Position numbers and translations under genes: made by a program | Notes under the pieces: generated by a model | The model's input: the letters and a program-made list of their open reading frames with translations, nothing else | Told to the model about the DNA's origin: nothing | The model's database searches: none | In this document: positions 59,512 through 64,000 of the stretch, in pieces | Layout: every line of letters starts with the position of its first letter | How positions within the stretch are numbered: the stretch's first letter is position 1 | Sequence record: SRR2962707_3772 | DNA length: 64,000 bases | Direction: 5' to 3' (one strand)

Positions 59512-60573
59512 ATGTCGCAAACCCTATCCTGCATGATTATGCGTGGTGGCACTTCTCGAGGCCCCTATTTGCAAATCGCTGATCTGCCTCAAGACAGAGA
59601 AGCCTGCGCAGAAGTTTTATTAAAAGTTATGGGATCTGGGCATGAGCTACAATTAGATGGCATTGGTGGTGGCAATAGTTTAACCAGTAAGGTTGCTATG
59701 GTTGGTCCTTCTACTCATCCGGATGCCGATGTTGACTATCTGTTTGCCCAAGTGGGTATTCTCGAAAAGAAAGTCGACTTCTCTCCAAATTGCGGAAACA
59801 TGCTTTCAGGCGTAGCACCTTATGCCATTGAAACGGGCTTGTTTCCAGCGGCTCAAGGCAAAACAACAGTACGCATCCATAATTTGAATACCGGCAAGAT
59901 TATCCATGCCACCGTGTTAACCCCAAATGGTCAGGTTCAGTATGACGGGGACACCATCATTAGTGGTACAAACTCACCAGGTGCACCTATCGAGTTAACC
60001 TTCCTTAACGTAGAAGGCTCGAAAACAGGTAAGTTGTTACCAACAGGTAAGTTGATCAATGTTATTGATTCTATTGAAGTAACTTGTCTTGATGCGGCAA
60101 CACCAGTGGTTTTAATCAATGCACAAGATCTTAATAAAACCGGCAGTGAGTCACCGGCTGAATTAGACAGTGACATTGAATTTATGGCGCGCTTAGAAAA
60201 TATTCGTTTGCAAGCGGGTGAGTTAATGGGCATGGGAGATGTATCAAATTCTGTCATTCCGAAGCCGATTTTAGTGTCACCAGCGTTGCATGGCGGCACG
60301 ATCACCGCACGCTATTTTGTGCCGCATAAATGCCATAAAGCATTGGCAGTAACCGGCAGTATCGCCATTGTGACCGCGTGTTGCACACCGGGTACTGTGG
60401 CATCAAAACTGATCGATGCTCAGGAAGCGAGCTCGGTTTTTGTATTGGAACACCCATCTGGCACGATTGAATTGAGCGCCAGACGCAAAGAAAACGACCC
60501 ATCTGCCTTGGACAGTGTGTCGCTAATCCGTACTGCGAAGAAAATATTATTAGGCAATATCTATCTTAGCTAA
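59512..60573 (+). CDS. PrpF/DapF-fold isomerase, 4-oxalomesaconate tautomerase (GalD/LigU/YbhH)-like
   Basis: MRGGTSRG, QLDGIGGGNSLTSKV, NCGNM.SGV, TCLDAA.P, CHKALAVTG and EHPSG motifs. Confidence 0.85.
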   Translation: MSQTLSCMIMRGGTSRGPYLQIADLPQDREACAEVLLKVMGSGHELQLDGIGGGNSLTSKVAMVGPSTHPDADVDYLFAQVGILEKKVDFSPNCGNMLSGVAPYAIETGLFPAAQGKTTVRIHNLNTGKIIHATVLTPNGQVQYDGDTIISGTNSPGAPIELTFLNVEGSKTGKLLPTGKLINVIDSIEVTCLDAATPVVLINAQDLNKTGSESPAELDSDIEFMARLENIRLQAGELMGMGDVSNSVIPKPILVSPALHGGTITARYFVPHKCHKALAVTGSIAIVTACCTPGTVASKLIDAQEASSVFVLEHPSGTIELSARRKENDPSALDSVSLIRTAKKILLGNIYLS

Positions 60574-60636
60574 TCGCTTTTGGTGCGTTCTTATCGAGCG
60601 CATTAATAAACTATAAAAACAAGAAAGGAAGATAAC

Positions 60637-61719
60637 ATGAAAAAAATACTCAACTTAGTCTGTGCGTCTGCATTGTCTATCAGCTGTGTACTTGCGTTGC
60701 CTGCGCAAGCAAAAGAAGCCGATGTGCCATCGACAATTAACTGGACGGTACCCTTTGGGGTTGGTGGCGGTACTGATGTGTGGGCGCGATTTATTGCTCC
60801 TTACCTAACAAAGTACATTCCAAGCAATCCGACTGTGGTTATCCGTAACCAACCAGGTGGCGGCTCCATTACCGGCGCAAACTTGTTTTACAAGCGTGCC
60901 AAAGACGATGGCAGCACCATGCTAGCGACGTCGGCATCGACCTTGTTCCCATATATGTTGGGTGACAAACGAGTGCGTTATAACTTCGATAAATGGGTGC
61001 CATTAATGGCAAGCCCAACGGGTGGTGTGGTTTACGTACAGCCAGGTTTGGGTGTGAAATCAGCCGCGGATATCGATAAATTAGATGGCATGACGCTACC
61101 GTTTGGTTCACAAGGACCAACACGTCTTGAATTGCCTGTCTTGATCGCCTTCGAAATGCTGGGTTTGGACGTGAAACCTGTGTTCGGTATGAAAAGCCGT
61201 GGTGCGGGTCGTTTGGCGTTTGAACGTGGCGAAGCGAAAATTGACTTCCAAACAACGTCTGCTTACTTAAACTCAGTGGTTGATCTAGTAAACAATGACA
61301 AAGCGATTCCATTGTTTTCTCTAGGTGTTATGAATAAAGAGGGTAAAGTAGTACGTGATCCTGCGTTCCCTGATCTACCCACTTTTCAAGAAGTGTATGC
61401 TCAGAAATTTGGCAAACAACCTTCTGGTATAGAGTATTCGGCTTACTCTAAATTCTTTGCAGCGGGCTTCGCTTTCCAAAAAATGATCTTTATCCCATCT
61501 GACACACCAACAAATGTGATCAATGAATACCGTAATGCTGTTCAAACTATGTTGAAAGACCCTAAATTCATTGAAGATGCCGCGGTTCAAGTGGGACCTT
61601 ACCAAAGCATTGTAGGCATTGATGCAGCACAGCACATTCAAGAGGCTCTTACAGTATCTCCTGAACTTTATACTTGGATTTCAGGCTGGTTAAAAAAGAA
61701 ATTTGATTACACCCTGTAA
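60637..61719 (+). CDS. Tripartite tricarboxylate transporter substrate-binding protein (TctC/Bug-like)
   Basis: Signal peptide; VPFGVGGGTDVWAR, N.PGGG and RLAFERGE motifs. Confidence 0.85.
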   Translation: MKKILNLVCASALSISCVLALPAQAKEADVPSTINWTVPFGVGGGTDVWARFIAPYLTKYIPSNPTVVIRNQPGGGSITGANLFYKRAKDDGSTMLATSASTLFPYMLGDKRVRYNFDKWVPLMASPTGGVVYVQPGLGVKSAADIDKLDGMTLPFGSQGPTRLELPVLIAFEMLGLDVKPVFGMKSRGAGRLAFERGEAKIDFQTTSAYLNSVVDLVNNDKAIPLFSLGVMNKEGKVVRDPAFPDLPTFQEVYAQKFGKQPSGIEYSAYSKFFAAGFAFQKMIFIPSDTPTNVINEYRNAVQTMLKDPKFIEDAAVQVGPYQSIVGIDAAQHIQEALTVSPELYTWISGWLKKKFDYTL

Positions 61720-61751
61720 GTAGTTTGTTGTTTTATATTTAGGAGTTATTC

Positions 61752-63719
61752 ATGGCTGTGCTTCTTAGTGCTCTAGACCAAATATTATCGTTAACGCACC
61801 TAGTCTATTTGGTGGGTGGCGTATTGGTCGGTCTTGTTGTTGGTATTATTCCTGGACTTGGCGGCATTGCCGGCATGTCCTTGCTACTACCGTTTTTATA
61901 TGGAATGGAGCCTTCAGTTGGTCTTGGTATGCTGATGGGGTTGGTTGCTGTGATTCCCACAGGTGATACTTTCACCTCTGTGTTAATGGGGATACCAGGA
62001 TCCAGTTCTTCGCAAGCCACAGTCATGGATGGTTTTCCATTGGCGAAAAAAGGCCAGGCAGCACGCGCGCTGTCTGCGGCTTTTTTATGCTCAATGATTG
62101 GCGGTGTGGTTGGTGCGATTGTACTGAGTGTCTTCATTTTGGTGGCACGACCTGTGGTACTCGCATTCTCATCTGCTGAATTGTTTATGCTGACTTTATT
62201 AGGCCTGAGTGTGGTTGCGGCCTTATCCGGCGGGAATTTATTTAAAGGCTTAGCCGCTTGTGGTTTTGGCCTATTAATTGGTTCTGTTGGCTCGGCGCCT
62301 GCCACTGGTGAGTTCCGTTTTACCCTAGGCATTGATTACTTGTATGACGGTATTCCATTGGTTGTCGTGGGTTTGGGTATCTTTGCGCTACCAGAAATCA
62401 TCAGCTTATTGGTGCAAAACAAAGCCATTGCTTCTACGCCAAATAAATTAGGTCATGGTTTAAAACAGGGTTTCAAAGACGTGTTTGCCAACTTGCCTTT
62501 GGTCGGTAAATCGTCTGTATTTGGTAGCTTGATCGGTGCGATTCCTGGTTTAGGTGGTTCGGTTGTTGACTGGATGACATACAGTTTCGCGATGAATGGC
62601 AGTAAAGACACGTCCCAGTTTGGTAAAGGGGACATTCGTGGTGTTATTGCGCCTGAGTCTGCGAATAACGCTTGTGCTTCAGGTAGTATGATTCCAACCT
62701 TGTTGTTTGGTATTCCAGGCTCGGGTTCGGCTGCGGTTTTTCTAGGTGGTATGTTATTGCTGGGTCTTCAGCCTGGTGTTTCCATGATCACCACGAACTT
62801 AGACCTGACTTACACTATTATTTGGTCTTTGGCGTTGGCGAACATTTTAGGGGCGATCTTTTGTATTGCTTTTACGCGACCTATTTCACTATTAACCTAT
62901 GTGAAATTTTCAATACTTGCGCCGATTATCTTAACCTTGATCTTGTTTGCTGCGTATCAAGCAACGCGCAGTCTAGGTGATTTCATGGTGCTGGGTGTCA
63001 TTGCAACAATTGGTGTGATGATGAAAGGGGCCAACTGGCCACGTCCTGCTTTCTTGATTGGTTTTGTGCTTTCTTCTGGCGCTGAAAACTACTTTTTCCA
63101 AAGCATTCAGTTTTACGGTAGCTCTTGGTTTCTACGCCCTGGTGTAATTGCACTGGCTGCCTTGATTGTATTGGGCTTTGTATTACCTCCAATGCTGAAG
63201 AAAAGAAGAGCGGCAAAAGCCAGCACGCAGCCTAAAACCGGTCTAGAGCCAGAAGAGCCTAGTGTTAAAACGGTGTCGGCGACGGATTGGGTATTGTTAG
63301 CGGTATTGGGTGCATCCGGCTTATACGCTTTGGTTGATGTATGGAATATGTCGACCTTGACGAAAGCTTTCCCAATTATTTCTATTGCCATTGTGTTGTT
63401 CTCTGTGGCGATGCTGATTGTGAAATTTATCCGAGAAAAACATCAGCGAGTGGCGTCTAACTTAAGAACAGACCTTGTGTACATTGTTGGCTTCTTTATG
63501 ATTGCTTACGGTTATTACACGCTGGGATTTGTCACCACGACCTTTGTCTTCTCGTTCTTGTTCTTGCGTTATTTGGCGAAGGCGACGTATTTAAAATCGT
63601 CTACCATTGCCGTTTGCTTGGTGATCTTCCTCGTGGTTTTAGGTCGCATCATGAACATAGAATACCCAGAAGGCTACTTTGACCCCTATTTCTTTGATGT
63701 GGTTAATCGTTTTTTCTAA
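61752..63719 (+). CDS. Tripartite tricarboxylate transporter large permease TctA with C-terminal TctB-like extension
   Basis: GIIPGLGG, GIPG...SQAT..DG.PLAKKG, APESANNA, IPTLLFGIPGS and RPA..IGFVL motifs, then extra TM helices. Confidence 0.85.
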   Translation: MAVLLSALDQILSLTHLVYLVGGVLVGLVVGIIPGLGGIAGMSLLLPFLYGMEPSVGLGMLMGLVAVIPTGDTFTSVLMGIPGSSSSQATVMDGFPLAKKGQAARALSAAFLCSMIGGVVGAIVLSVFILVARPVVLAFSSAELFMLTLLGLSVVAALSGGNLFKGLAACGFGLLIGSVGSAPATGEFRFTLGIDYLYDGIPLVVVGLGIFALPEIISLLVQNKAIASTPNKLGHGLKQGFKDVFANLPLVGKSSVFGSLIGAIPGLGGSVVDWMTYSFAMNGSKDTSQFGKGDIRGVIAPESANNACASGSMIPTLLFGIPGSGSAAVFLGGMLLLGLQPGVSMITTNLDLTYTIIWSLALANILGAIFCIAFTRPISLLTYVKFSILAPIILTLILFAAYQATRSLGDFMVLGVIATIGVMMKGANWPRPAFLIGFVLSSGAENYFFQSIQFYGSSWFLRPGVIALAALIVLGFVLPPMLKKRRAAKASTQPKTGLEPEEPSVKTVSATDWVLLAVLGASGLYALVDVWNMSTLTKAFPIISIAIVLFSVAMLIVKFIREKHQRVASNLRTDLVYIVGFFMIAYGYYTLGFVTTTFVFSFLFLRYLAKATYLKSSTIAVCLVIFLVVLGRIMNIEYPEGYFDPYFFDVVNRFF

Positions 63720-63751
63720 GTAACACAGTAAGCGTTTTAAAAAGAAACAAC

Positions 63752-63784
63752 AAAGCGGCAAGTTATCACTTGCCGCTTTTTTTT
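63752..63784 (+). terminator. Rho-independent terminator
   Basis: AAAGCGGCAAGT-tatc-ACTTGCCGCTTT-TTTTT. Confidence 0.8.
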
Positions 63785-63828
63785 GGTGATAGCCTACAGA
63801 GGGTGCCAGGCTCAATGGCTGCGAGTAT

Positions 63829-64000
63829 TTATTTTTTGAAAATAATCAGCGCACAGAAAAAATACACCCCCGCACCAAGCCCTGCCACCACGTACACAAG
63901 GCTGATGTCACCTGGGATTAACTCTACGAATGAGGTGAGGAATTGTCCTAGAAAAATAGCCATTGCCAAATAGGATAAGTTTTTACCTCTTTCTGTCGGT
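63829..64000 (-). CDS. C-terminal fragment of a probable MFS transporter (continues beyond the window)
   Basis: Own translation: ...PTERGKNLSYLAMAIFLGQFLTSFVELIPGDISLVYVVAGLGAGVYFFCALIIFKK*. Confidence 0.6.
   Translation of the reverse strand, partial: PTERGKNLSYLAMAIFLGQFLTSFVELIPGDISLVYVVAGLGAGVYFFCALIIFKK

Overview
The window is a 64-kb catabolic region of a gammaproteobacterium, probably marine (a Marinomonas/Oceanospirillales-like host is inferred from gene content only). It begins in the 3' half of an initiator tRNA-Met that is followed by a split tRNA relic. A series of regulator-linked modules follows: (1) an NhaC-family transporter, gamma-glutamylation (Puu-like) amine catabolism and aguB; (2) taurine nitrogen utilisation (safE-safD-tpa-tauR, with a TauR-type direct repeat); (3) a GST; (4) an orphan pathway of LysR, ALDH, M20 amidohydrolase, ThDP enzyme, CitE-like lyase and TRAP transporter; (5) a 1-Cys peroxiredoxin and a sigma54-dependent fisR-pdo-sqr-sulP sulfide oxidation operon; (6) LysR, NCS1 permease, DUF917 and hydantoinase A; (7) LacI, sugar ABC transporter and GH63-like hydrolase; (8) a Gate-domain protein, Lrp and a diguanylate cyclase; (9) an aromatic block (ligAB-SDR-vdh, pobA, pobR, ALDH, tandem-OsmC protein, IclR, PrpF/GalD-like tautomerase, TTT transporter). 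The main finding is that this PobA naturally carries Val and Phe at the positions equivalent to Leu199 and Tyr385, the substitutions engineered into PobA to make gallate. It lies near LigAB and an oxalomesaconate-tautomerase-family gene, with no ligC or ligI in the window, which suggests a natural 4-hydroxybenzoate -> protocatechuate -> gallate -> ring-cleavage route. I saw no integrase, transposase, phage or CRISPR elements. All family assignments were made by eye from motifs, without database searches.
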